Assembly: GCA_963828735.1 (NCBI GenBank)
Contig: CAWHFW010000005.1
Coordinates: forward strand, 2,592,001-2,656,000
Length of the DNA stretch: 64,000 nucleotides
Direction of reading: 5' to 3'
Source: an uncultured Gemmatimonadales bacterium
Lineage (GTDB): Bacteria > Gemmatimonadota > Gemmatimonadetes > Gemmatimonadales > GWC2-71-9
Shown: positions 50,284-59,867 of the stretch, in pieces
Layout: the number at the start of each line of letters is the position of its first letter
How positions within the stretch are numbered: position 1 is the stretch's first letter
Notes under the pieces: model-generated
What the model was told of the DNA's origin: nothing
Seen by the model: only the letters and a program-made list of their open reading frames with translations
The model's database searches: none
Program-made: the position numbers and the translations under genes

Positions 50284-53244
50284 TTAGAAGCCGAGGCTGA
50301 TGGTCGTCACGAACTGCGCCAGCGTGGGCGTGACCGCCTGGTCGAAGAAGTCCAGACGCGTCACGGTCGGGTTCGGCTGGGCGCTCTGGCTTTCGGGGTC
50401 GAGACCCGTGTACTTCGTCCAGGTGTGCAGGTTGCGCCCGCTCAGCGTGATGGTGGCGTGCCGCGCGCCGATCGCTCCCGCCCACTTGTCGGGGAGCGTG
50501 TAGCTCGCGGAGATCTCGCGCAGCTTGAAGAAGCTGGCGTCCTCGATGAACGTGTTGACCGTCTGCAGGTCGGCGCCGAAGGTGTAGTCGGCCAGCACCT
50601 TGGGATCCACGCCCTGGGGGCTCACGTTCTCCAGGCACTCGGCGAACACGGCGCACCGGATCCAGCTGTCCGTCTCGAACCGGTGGTGGCCCCGCTTGAA
50701 GTCCACCAGGCCGTACAGCCGCAGGTTCTTGAACAGGCGGAGCGTGGTGCTGAAGGCCCCCACGACCTTGGGGATGGGCGTGCCGGCGAACACCAGCGGC
50801 GCCGTGGCGCAGTCGACCGCGGCGTTGCCCGGCCCGCCGTCGCACAGGGCGCTGGTGACGGCGCCGCTCGGGTCCACCTCCGCGCTCACCACCCGCTTGA
50901 TGAAGTAGCCGGCGATCGGGTAGCCCTCGACGTTGCTCTGCAGCGGGAGCCCGAGCGGGATGCTCGAGATGCCACCCAGGTCCTTGATGTAGTTCGAGGC
51001 GGTGGCCACGCTCGCGCCGAGCTCCCAGCTCACGTCGCGGCCGGCGATCGCCAGGGCGTTCACCTGCAGCTCGATGCCCTTGTTGCTGACCTGGCCGATG
51101 TTGACGTACTGCTGGCCGGGGAAGCCGCCCGACGGCGGGGTGCTCCGGAGCAGGATGGCGTCCTTGGTCTGCTTGTTGTAGACGGTGAAGTCGATGCCGA
51201 CGCGGTTGAAGAGCCCCGCCTCGAAGCCCATCTCGAGCTCCTCGCCGCGCTCGGGCTTGAGGTCGGGATTGCCGACGGCCAGCGGCGTCACGGCCGGCTC
51301 GTCGTTCGGCCCTGTGCTCGGCCCGTAGGTCCTGAGGGCGGCGAACGCCTGGGGCTGGACGCCTGAGGCGCCATACGCCATCCGCAGTTTGAGCGCGTTG
51401 ACGAAGTCGAGCCCCCAGAACGACTCCTCGCTCACGACCCACGTGCCGCTCACCTTGGGGTAGCTGGCGAAGTCGAAGTTGTCGCCGAAGGCGCTGTTGT
51501 TGTCGACCCGGACCGCGCCGGTCAGGAAGAGGCGGTCCCTGTACCCGAACTGCTGCTGAGCATACAGGCCGATCGTCTTGTTGTTGATGAAGTCCTGGCT
51601 GCCGAAGGTGGTCGCGGTGGAGATGCCGGTCTGGACGCCGGGTGCGGGAAACTGCTGTCCCTGCACGCCGAGTGTGTCGATCCGCCGCTCGTAGTACTGG
51701 CCGCCGATGGAGGTGGCGGAGCTGAAGCTGGGAGACAGAGCGAAGCGCCCGGTGGCGCTATAGTCCGCTGTGTAGAGCGTTTGGTCGCGGCGGTTGAGCG
51801 TGAGGGCGCCGCGGGCGCTCACGGGGTCGAAGAATTGCGCGACGTCGGGCGGCATGAACTCGGTCAGCGCCTGGTTGTCCTCGCCGGTCTGATCGAGGCC
51901 GAGGATCAACCGGTGGCTGAACCACTGCCACGGGCGGTGATTCAGGGTGACGCTGCCGGTGAAGTGCGAGATGTCCTGGGTATTGTCGAACACGCCCGAG
52001 TAGTACGCTTCCGGCGGCGCCATGAGGAAGCCGCGGGTCGGGGTGCCCTGGAGCGCGGGCAAGCCGAACAGGGTGTTGAAGAAGACGCCGTCCGCGTAGT
52101 CGGCGCCGAGGTGGGTCTTCCCCTTCACATAGTTGAGGCTGGTGCTGACGTCGAGGCGTTCGTTGATCGGAAACACCAGGTTGGCGTGCCCGGCGAACCG
52201 CTTCAGGCCGTTGATGGGCTCGATCCCGTCCTCGTCGTCGTAGGTGCCCGAGAGGTAGTACTGAATGGCGCTGGCGCCGCCGCTGGCCGAGAAGTTGTAG
52301 CTCTGGTTGTGCCCGTTCTTCCAGATGGGCGTGCCGCGGTCGGTCTCCTGCTGCGCCAGGTTCTGGGACACGATCGCGCCCGTGGTGGCGTCCAGGCCGT
52401 AGTTGGTCGGAATCCGACCCTCGGGGTCCTGGAACCAGTTGGTGCCCTGCTTGACGCTGATGTTGATCTCGGGCTTGGCGCCGCGCTGACCTCGCTTGGT
52501 GATGACCTGGATGACGCCGTTCGAGGCCTCGGTGCCGTAGAGGGTCGCCGCCGCAGGGCCCTTGATGATCTCGATGCTCTGGATGTCCTCGGGGGCGATG
52601 TCGTTGAGCCGGGAGACTACCGACCCGCCCGCGGCGCCGGAGGGGCCGGTCAGGGCGTCGTTGTTGACCCGCACCCCGTCGATGTAGAGCAGCGGCTGGC
52701 TGTTGAGCGAGAGCGAGCTCAAGCCGCGCACCGTAATAGTTGGGCCGGCGCCCGGGCGGCCCGAGTTGGGCAGGACGGTCACGCCCGGCGCTCGGCCGTT
52801 GATGAGCTTGGTGACGTCGCCCGCGCCGGAGAGCTCGAGCGCGGCGGGTACGTCGATGGTGGCGATCGAGTTGCCGACAGCGCGTCGCTCGGTCCCCTCG
52901 GGCTGGCCGGTCACCACGATCTCGTCCAGCTGGACGGTGGTCTCGTGGAGGCCGACGCTGAGCTTGGTCGTCGGGCCGGCGACGGCGATGATCGCGGGCT
53001 GGTAGCCGATCCGGGCGACCCGAAGCGTCGCAGGGAAGACGGGTACGCCGGCGAACCGGAAGTGGCCGTACGCGTCGGTGGTCTGCACCAGCGGCGTGCC
53101 GTCGACGGTCACGCGCGCGCCCTCGAGGGCGTCCCCGGTGGTAGCTTGGACGACCGTCCCGGCGACGGTGGAGTCCTGGGCCTGGGCGACGCTCGTCGCG
53201 AGGGCGAGGGCGGCGAGCAGAAGGGCCAACCGAGCCTGGGTCAT
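50284..53244 (-). CDS. SusC/RagA family TonB-linked outer-membrane transporter
   Basis: QPLLYIDGV, LNDIAPEDIQSIEIIKGPAAATLYGTEASNGVIQVITKRG, GNPDLKPER, terminal Phe. Confidence 0.95.
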   Translation of the reverse strand: MTQARLALLLAALALATSVAQAQDSTVAGTVVQATTGDALEGARVTVDGTPLVQTTDAYGHFRFAGVPVFPATLRVARIGYQPAIIAVAGPTTKLSVGLHETTVQLDEIVVTGQPEGTERRAVGNSIATIDVPAALELSGAGDVTKLINGRAPGVTVLPNSGRPGAGPTITVRGLSSLSLNSQPLLYIDGVRVNNDALTGPSGAAGGSVVSRLNDIAPEDIQSIEIIKGPAAATLYGTEASNGVIQVITKRGQRGAKPEINISVKQGTNWFQDPEGRIPTNYGLDATTGAIVSQNLAQQETDRGTPIWKNGHNQSYNFSASGGASAIQYYLSGTYDDEDGIEPINGLKRFAGHANLVFPINERLDVSTSLNYVKGKTHLGADYADGVFFNTLFGLPALQGTPTRGFLMAPPEAYYSGVFDNTQDISHFTGSVTLNHRPWQWFSHRLILGLDQTGEDNQALTEFMPPDVAQFFDPVSARGALTLNRRDQTLYTADYSATGRFALSPSFSSATSIGGQYYERRIDTLGVQGQQFPAPGVQTGISTATTFGSQDFINNKTIGLYAQQQFGYRDRLFLTGAVRVDNNSAFGDNFDFASYPKVSGTWVVSEESFWGLDFVNALKLRMAYGASGVQPQAFAALRTYGPSTGPNDEPAVTPLAVGNPDLKPERGEELEMGFEAGLFNRVGIDFTVYNKQTKDAILLRSTPPSGGFPGQQYVNIGQVSNKGIELQVNALAIAGRDVSWELGASVATASNYIKDLGGISSIPLGLPLQSNVEGYPIAGYFIKRVVSAEVDPSGAVTSALCDGGPGNAAVDCATAPLVFAGTPIPKVVGAFSTTLRLFKNLRLYGLVDFKRGHHRFETDSWIRCAVFAECLENVSPQGVDPKVLADYTFGADLQTVNTFIEDASFFKLREISASYTLPDKWAGAIGARHATITLSGRNLHTWTKYTGLDPESQSAQPNPTVTRLDFFDQAVTPTLAQFVTTISLGF

Positions 53245-53319
53245 GCTCTGTCTCCGGAGGGGAGTGGGGTGCGGGGCTGCTTGCGCCGGGGAGGCCGGGA
53301 ACGCTATGTTCTCACGGCC

Positions 53320-53342
53320 ATTGTATACAGTTTCACATACAA
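53320..53342. promoter_or_regulatory. Putative GntR/FadR-type operator
   Basis: Palindrome TGTATACA (53322-53329) plus half-site ATACAA in the AT-rich susC-gntR divergent spacer. Confidence 0.6.
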
Positions 53343-53344
53343 CA

Positions 53345-54214
53345 ATGAGCGGCGGGACGCAAATGCGCAAGACGGGCTCGCCTCGACAACCGCCTATCGC
53401 CGTCGCTATCGTTGGGCGGCCGGCCCCGAAACCTCGCTCATCCGCTCCAGTCCCTCTTGCTCGGGAGGCCCCGGTGAAGGCCCGCGCCGCCGCTCCCCGC
53501 TCTCCCGCTGCCCGCGCGCCGACCATCCTCCGCGGCGAGCGGCCGCTCGTGGTCTACGAGCAGCTCCGCGACCTCATCGTGCACGGTCATCTGGCGCCCG
53601 GGAGCCGCATCGTCGAGAGCGACGTCGCGACCCGGCTGGGCGTGAGCCGGACCCCCGTGCGCGGCGCGCTCCAGCGGCTGCAACAGGAGGGGTACATCGT
53701 GGACCCGTCGGGCGGGCGCCTGGCACGGCCGACGGTGGCACCGCTCACCAGCGAGGACGCGCGGGAGCTGTTCCACATCGTGGCCGAGATCGAGGGATTG
53801 GCCGGCCGCTGGTCCGCGGGGCTCGCAGTGGGCGCGCGGCGCGCGCTCGCCCGGTCGCTCCGCGCCATCAACGCCGATTTCCGCCGCGAAGCCGACGTTC
53901 GCCGGCCGGACTTCAACCGGCTGCACGACCTGGACAGCACCTTCCACCGCACCTATGTGGAGGCCGGCGCCGGCCGCCGGCTGCTGGCCCTGCATACCAC
54001 CATCAAGCCGCAGGCGGAGCGGTACGAGCGGATCTACCTCAGCCTGCTGGTGAGCGACCTCGACACCTCGGCCTCCGAGCACGAGGCGATCGCGGCGGCC
54101 ATCGAGCGGGGCAACGCCGATGCGGCCCAGCACTCCGTCCAGACCAACTGGCGCAACGCCGCCCAGCGCCTCGAGCGGGTGATCGATCGGGCCGGCGAGC
54201 GGGGGAGCTGGTAG
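53345..54214 (+). CDS. GntR family transcriptional regulator (FCD type); start uncertain
   Basis: VYEQLRDLIVHGHLAPGSRIVE..A.RLGVSRTPVRGAL; FH..Y, EHEAI..AI. Confidence 0.92.
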   Translation: MSGGTQMRKTGSPRQPPIAVAIVGRPAPKPRSSAPVPLAREAPVKARAAAPRSPAARAPTILRGERPLVVYEQLRDLIVHGHLAPGSRIVESDVATRLGVSRTPVRGALQRLQQEGYIVDPSGGRLARPTVAPLTSEDARELFHIVAEIEGLAGRWSAGLAVGARRALARSLRAINADFRREADVRRPDFNRLHDLDSTFHRTYVEAGAGRRLLALHTTIKPQAERYERIYLSLLVSDLDTSASEHEAIAAAIERGNADAAQHSVQTNWRNAAQRLERVIDRAGERGSW

Positions 54215-54342
54215 CGCTTCACGGCGGCGAGGCTCCGAAACGCATCGTATGTCCGGCAATCCGGATGAAAGAACGTGCTCGCTCCGGCCACCCCCCACCA
54301 CCACGCGAGCGAACGCAGGACAAGACTCCCTGGGAGGACCAC

Positions 54343-56355
54343 GTGCGCAGCCGCAAATTGTATCCGAGAATGTATACCGTGGCCTTCGGCCTCGCGTTTG
54401 CCGCGCTCGGTGGATTCTCGCCGCTCGCCGCGCAGCGCCCCGAGCGCGTGGCACCCGCTCCGCCCGCCTCGCAGGAGGGGCCTGAGACCCCGACGCCCGC
54501 CGCGCCCAAGCTCACCGCCGCCGACGTCGAGGCCTGGCTCGACGGGTTCCTGCCCTACGCCCTCGAGCGCGGCGACGTGGCCGGCGCGGTGGTCGCGGTG
54601 GTGAAGGACGGCCAGGTCCTGCTGACCAAGGGCTACGGCTACGCCGACGTGAAGCGGCGGAAGCCGGTGGATCCCGCCACCACGCTGTTCCGGCCGGGCT
54701 CGGTCTCCAAGCTCTTCACCTGGACGGCGGTGATGCAGCTGGTGGAGCAGGGCAAGCTCGATCTCGACCGCGACGTCAACGCGTATCTCGACTTCAAGAT
54801 TCCCCCGGCTTTCGGCAAGCCCATCACGCTCCGGAACTGCATGACCCATACGGCGGGGTTCGAGGAGGTCGGCAAGAATCTGTTCAGCGACGACTCGGTC
54901 CACATCCTCTCGAACGAGACGTTCGTCAAGGAGTGGACGCCCGAGCGCATCTACCCGCCCGGCCAGGTGCCGGCGTACTCGAACTACGCCACGGCGCTCG
55001 CCGGTTACATCGTCCAGCGGGTCTCGGGCGAGCCGTTCGAGGCCTACATCGACCACCACATCTTCGAGCCGCTGGGGATGAAGCACGCCACCTTCCGCCA
55101 GCCGCTACCGGCGGCCATCCACGGCGACATGGCACAGGGCTACCCGCAGGCCTCGGAGGACCCCAAGCCGTTCGAGATCGTCGTGGGCGCGCCGGCGGGC
55201 AGTCTCTCCGCGAGCGGCGCCGACATGGCGCGCTTCATGATCGCCCACCTGCAGAATGGCCACCTCGGTGACGCCACGATTCTCCAGCCCGAGACGGCCA
55301 AGCTGATGCACGGGACCCCGCTCACGATCCTGCCGGCGGTCAACCGCATGGTGCTCGGCTTCTACGAGACCAACCGGAACGGCCACCGCGCGATCGCGCA
55401 CGGCGGCGACACGTTCTGGTTCCACAGCGATCTCCACCTGTTCATCGACGACGGGATCGGGATCTTCATCTCGATGAACAGCCCCGGCAAGGAAGGCGCG
55501 GCGGGCCCGATCCGGAACACGCTGTTCGAGCAGTTCGCCGACCGCTACCTGCCTGCGGAAGCGCCCACCGGCCAGGTCGATCCCAAGATCGCGCACGAGC
55601 ATGCGCAGATGATGGCGGGCACGTACGACAACTCCCGGCACTCGCAGTCCAGCTTCTTCAGCGTGACCGAGCTGCTCGGGCCGGCGAAGGTGTCCGTCAA
55701 CGAGGATACCACGATCAGCCTGGGGCTCCTGACCGCGCTGAATGGGAAGCCCAAGCGCTGGCGCGAGCGGGAGCCGTTCGTGTGGCAGGAGGTGAACGGC
55801 AAGAACGTGCTCGCCGCCAAGGTCGAGCAGGGCCGGGTCGTGATGTTCAGCGGCGACGAGATCTCGCCGTTCATGATGTTCCGACCCACGCCGGCGTGGC
55901 GCTCGGCGGCCTGGCTCTCGCCGCTGGCCGGGGCGAGCGTCGCCATCCTCGTGCTCACGGTGATCCTCTGGCCGGTGGCCGCGCTGGTACGCCGCCGGTA
56001 CGGCGCCCGGTTCCCGCTCGAGGGCGCGGAAGCGACGTCTCACCGATGGACGCGCCTCGCGGCCCTGGCGGTGGTGATCCTGCTGGGCGCGTGGGCATGG
56101 CAGGTCCAGCGTATGCTGTCCGACGTCTCGGCCCTCACGTCGAAGAGCGAGCCGGCGCTCTGGGCCCTGCAGCTCCTCGGCCTGGTCGTGTTCTTCGGGG
56201 CCGCGGGCGTGACCCTGTGGAACGCGCGGCTCGCCTGGACCGGCAAGCGGCGATGGACCGGCAAGGTCTGGAGCACCGCCCTGGCCGTGGCCTGCGTGTC
56301 GCTGCTGTACACGGCCCTGGTGTTCAAGCTGATCGCGTTCGACGTGAACTTCTGA
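54343..56355 (+). CDS. Serine hydrolase (S12) with signal peptide and C-terminal multi-TM anchor
   Basis: RBS GGGAGG; PGSVSK, YSN, HGGDT; four hydrophobic segments at the C-terminus. Confidence 0.92.
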   Translation: MRSRKLYPRMYTVAFGLAFAALGGFSPLAAQRPERVAPAPPASQEGPETPTPAAPKLTAADVEAWLDGFLPYALERGDVAGAVVAVVKDGQVLLTKGYGYADVKRRKPVDPATTLFRPGSVSKLFTWTAVMQLVEQGKLDLDRDVNAYLDFKIPPAFGKPITLRNCMTHTAGFEEVGKNLFSDDSVHILSNETFVKEWTPERIYPPGQVPAYSNYATALAGYIVQRVSGEPFEAYIDHHIFEPLGMKHATFRQPLPAAIHGDMAQGYPQASEDPKPFEIVVGAPAGSLSASGADMARFMIAHLQNGHLGDATILQPETAKLMHGTPLTILPAVNRMVLGFYETNRNGHRAIAHGGDTFWFHSDLHLFIDDGIGIFISMNSPGKEGAAGPIRNTLFEQFADRYLPAEAPTGQVDPKIAHEHAQMMAGTYDNSRHSQSSFFSVTELLGPAKVSVNEDTTISLGLLTALNGKPKRWREREPFVWQEVNGKNVLAAKVEQGRVVMFSGDEISPFMMFRPTPAWRSAAWLSPLAGASVAILVLTVILWPVAALVRRRYGARFPLEGAEATSHRWTRLAALAVVILLGAWAWQVQRMLSDVSALTSKSEPALWALQLLGLVVFFGAAGVTLWNARLAWTGKRRWTGKVWSTALAVACVSLLYTALVFKLIAFDVNF

Positions 56356-56363
56356 GCCGGGCC

Positions 56364-58065
56364 GTGTCATCTCGGCAGGGCGCCCGCGCCGCGGCGCTCT
56401 GGCTTCTGGCCGCGTGCGCGGCCCCTGCCTCCACGGCCGGCCCGTCCGGCTCGCCTGCGCCCGAGGGCGGGTACGATCTCGTCATTCGGCACGGGCGGGT
56501 GCTCGACGGCGCCGGCAATCCGTGGGTCGCCGCGGACGTGGCGGTCAGGGACGGACGGATCGCGAAGGTCGGAGTCGTCCCGGAGCGCGGGCGTCGGCGA
56601 GATCGACGCGCACCGGCCGCTACGTCTCTCCGGGCTGGTTCGACATGATGGACCAGTCGGGCTACGTGCTGCTCGAGAACGGCGCCGCGGAGAACAAGCT
56701 GCGAATGGGCGTCACGCACCCTGATCGCGGGCGAGGGCGGGACGCCGGCGTGCCGGCGGACAATCGCGGACTACTTCGCGCGGCTCGAGCGCCAGGGGAT
56801 CGCGCGTCAACTTCGGCACCTACTACAGCGCCGCCCAGGCGCGGGTCGACGCGATGGGCGATGGCGCCGGGTCGCCCACGCCGGCGCAGATGGCGAAGAT
56901 GAAGGCCGATGTTCGGCTCGCCATGGATGCCGGCGCGTTCGGCATCTCGAGCGCGCTCATCTACCCGCCCGGACAGCTTCCAGACCACGCGAGGACCTGA
57001 TCGAGCTCGCCCGGGTCGCGTCGGCAGTGCGACGGCTTCTATGCCACTCACATGCGCGACGAGAGCGAGGACCTGGTCGCGCGCGATCGGCGAGGCGGTC
57101 GAGATCGGCGAACAGGGCGGCGTGAAGGTCGAGATCTTCCACCTCAAGGCGGCCTACGCACCCAGGCTGGGGCCAGCTGATGCCCCAGGCGCTCGCCGAG
57201 ATCGATAGCGCGCGCGCGCGCGGCGTCGACGTCGGCGGCGGACATGTATCCGTATCCGGCCGGCGGCACCGGCCTCAGCATCACGGTGCCCAACTGGGTG
57301 TTCGAGGAGGGAGAGGACTCGGGCGTGGGCGCGCCTCCGGGAGCCGGCGGTCCGCGAGCGGCTCAAGCGCGAGGTCGCGGCCGGCTCGAGCCCGGGTGGT
57401 CCAACCTCGTCCAGGCCTCGGGCGGCTGGGACCACGTGGTGCTGGCCAATCCGTTCAACCCGAAGTACGACCCTACCGGATGAAGAGCCTGGCCGAGATC
57501 GGCGCCGCGCTCGGCCGCGACCCGGCGGACGTCGCCTGGGACATCGTGCTCGAAGCCCTGCCGGAGCGCGCGATGGCGCTGTTCTTCATGATGGACGAGC
57601 GCGACATCGAGACGTGCGCTGCGCCAGCCCTGGACCAGCATCGGCAGCGACGCCGCGGCGGCGGCCAAGTTCGGCGAGGTCGACGCGCTCGGACTCCCGC
57701 ACCCGCGCGCCTATGGCACGTTCACGCGGGTCATCGCCGAGTACGTGCGCAAGCGCCACGTGCTGACGCTGGAGCAGGCGGTCCGCAAGATGACGTCGTG
57801 GCCCGCTACGCGGATGGGCCTCTTCGACCGCGGGATGATCCGCGACGGCATGCGGGCGGACCTCACGGTATTCGACTACGAGCGGCTCCAGGACAACGCG
57901 ACCTGGCAACAGCCCACGGCCGCCGCCAGTGGGATCGACTACGTGGTCGTGAACGGGCAGGTGACGGTCGACGCGGGCCGCTATACGGGCGCCAAAGCGG
58001 GGCGCGTGCTGCGGGGCGGATGCGCGCGCGACCCGGGGACGCGACCCGACTCGGAGACGAAATGA
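56364..58065 (+). CDS. N-acyl-D-amino-acid deacylase (D-aminoacylase) family lipoprotein, fragmented by many indels
   Basis: YDLVIRHGRVLDGAGNP, THMRDES, EIFHLK, MYPY.AG, GSD, HPRAYGTF, AVRKMTS.PA, ADLTVFD, VVVNG in shifting frames. Confidence 0.85.
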
Positions 58066-59867
58066 GAGCGATGTGCCTGGCGCTCGCCGCGCTCCTCGGC
58101 GGCTGGAGCGCCGTGACGGCCCAATCGGGGCCATTGCAGGGCTTCGACGCGTACGTGACTCGGAGCATGGCCGCCTGGCGGGTACCCGGTCTCGCGGTGG
58201 CCGTCGTCCACCGCGACTCGGTCGTGCTGGCGCGCGGCTACGGGGTGCGGACGCTGGGGAAGCCTGACCCGGTGGACGAGAAGACCCTGTTCGCGATCGG
58301 CTCCGCCAGCAAGGCCTTCACGGCCACACTGGTGGCCATGCTGGTGGATCAGGGTAAGGTGAAGTGGGACGACCCGGCCACGCAGTATCTCCCGGGATTC
58401 CAGATGTACGATCCGTATGCGACGCGCGAGCTCACAGTGCGGGACCTGCTCACCCACCGGAGCGGGCTCACTGCCGCGGACCTGCTGCTCTACGACCCAC
58501 GGTACACGCGGGACAGCATCCTGTACCGGGCCCGCTACGTGAAGCCCACCTACAGCTTTCGCGCGCACTTCGGGTACTCGAACATCATGTACCTCGCGGC
58601 CGGCCAGCTCTCCGCGCGCCTGCTGGGCAGCACGTGGGATGACGCCGTGCGCGAGCGGATCTTCACGCCCCTCGGCATGGCGGCCAGCAATACCAGCGTA
58701 ACCCTGCTCGACCGGCTGCCCGACGTCGCGACGCCCCACGACGAGATCGACGACACCGTGCAGGCCATTCCGTACTTCAACCTCGATGCGGCCGCACCAG
58801 CGGGCTCGATCAATTCCAGCATCCGCGACATGGCGCAGTGGGTGCGCTTCCAGCTCGCCGGCGGGAAAGTCCGCGGCAAGCCGCTGCTCAGCGCCGCGGC
58901 ATTCGAGGAGACTCACAAACCCCAGACGATCGTCCCGCTCGAAGGATTCTGGAACCTTTCGGCGCAGGACGCCCACCTGCTCACCTATGGCATGGGCTGG
59001 TTCCTGCACGACTATCACGGGCGTCTGATCGTGCAGCACGGCGGCAACATCGACGGGATGACCGCGCTCGTGGCGCTCATGCCGGAGGAGCAGACGGGAC
59101 TCGTCGTCCTCACCAATCTGGGTCCGAACGACCTGACCTACGCATTGATGTACCGGGTGTTCGACGCCTACCTGAAGCGTCCGCCCAAGGACTGGAGCGC
59201 GTCGCTGCTCAAGGCGGACCGCGAGCTCGTGGCCCAGGCCAAGCAGGAGACCAAGAACCGTGAGGCGACGCGCGTCGCAGGCACCAAGCCGTCCCTGCCG
59301 CTCGAGCAGTATGCCGGGACGTACAGCGACAGCGTCGACGGCGATGCGACCGTTCGCCGGGAGCAGGGCGGGCTCGTTCTCCGATACGGTAGTCTCGTGG
59401 CCGACCTCGCCCACTGGCAGTACGACACTTTCCAGGCGATCTGGCGGCAGCGCCGCCTCGGGAAGATGTACGTCACCTTCGTCCTCGACTCCGACGGCAA
59501 GGTCGCGGAGATGCGGGCGGTCGATCTGGCCGACTTCACCCGCAAGCCCGAGCCGGCCGACACCGCGCCGGGCATCCAACTGGCTCCCGCGGAGCTGGAG
59601 CGCTATACGGGGACGTTTGCGTCGAGCACTCTACCGGTGAGCGCCGAGGTGCAGGTGGTCGGCGGCCAGCTCAAGCTGACGGTGCCCGGGCAGCCGATCT
59701 ACACCCTCGTACCCATGACCGCCACTCGCTTCCGACTTACCGGCCAGGAAGTTCCCGCTGGCTACTTTCTGGACTACACCTTCACGTCCGACCGGGTGCG
59801 GCAGGTGACCCTGGTCCAGCCCGCGCCGCAGCCCAGCTTGACGCTCTCGCCCAAGGCGGTCCCATGA
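58062..59867 (+). CDS. Secreted serine hydrolase (S12) with DUF3471-like and an extra C-terminal domain
   Basis: SASK, YSN, HGG; two successive YxGxY/F-type C-terminal modules. Confidence 0.92.
   Translation: MRAMCLALAALLGGWSAVTAQSGPLQGFDAYVTRSMAAWRVPGLAVAVVHRDSVVLARGYGVRTLGKPDPVDEKTLFAIGSASKAFTATLVAMLVDQGKVKWDDPATQYLPGFQMYDPYATRELTVRDLLTHRSGLTAADLLLYDPRYTRDSILYRARYVKPTYSFRAHFGYSNIMYLAAGQLSARLLGSTWDDAVRERIFTPLGMAASNTSVTLLDRLPDVATPHDEIDDTVQAIPYFNLDAAAPAGSINSSIRDMAQWVRFQLAGGKVRGKPLLSAAAFEETHKPQTIVPLEGFWNLSAQDAHLLTYGMGWFLHDYHGRLIVQHGGNIDGMTALVALMPEEQTGLVVLTNLGPNDLTYALMYRVFDAYLKRPPKDWSASLLKADRELVAQAKQETKNREATRVAGTKPSLPLEQYAGTYSDSVDGDATVRREQGGLVLRYGSLVADLAHWQYDTFQAIWRQRRLGKMYVTFVLDSDGKVAEMRAVDLADFTRKPEPADTAPGIQLAPAELERYTGTFASSTLPVSAEVQVVGGQLKLTVPGQPIYTLVPMTATRFRLTGQEVPAGYFLDYTFTSDRVRQVTLVQPAPQPSLTLSPKAVP

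Noticed and set aside
51781..54342. 1524-aa ORF suggesting a giant fusion protein
   Set aside because: The first part is antisense shadow of susC and an off-frame of gntR; the real gene starts at GTG 54343 after GGGAGG.
56364..58065. D-aminoacylase as a decayed pseudogene
   Set aside because: Many indels, but the full-length protein can be rebuilt and its stop overlaps the next start; treated as sequence error.
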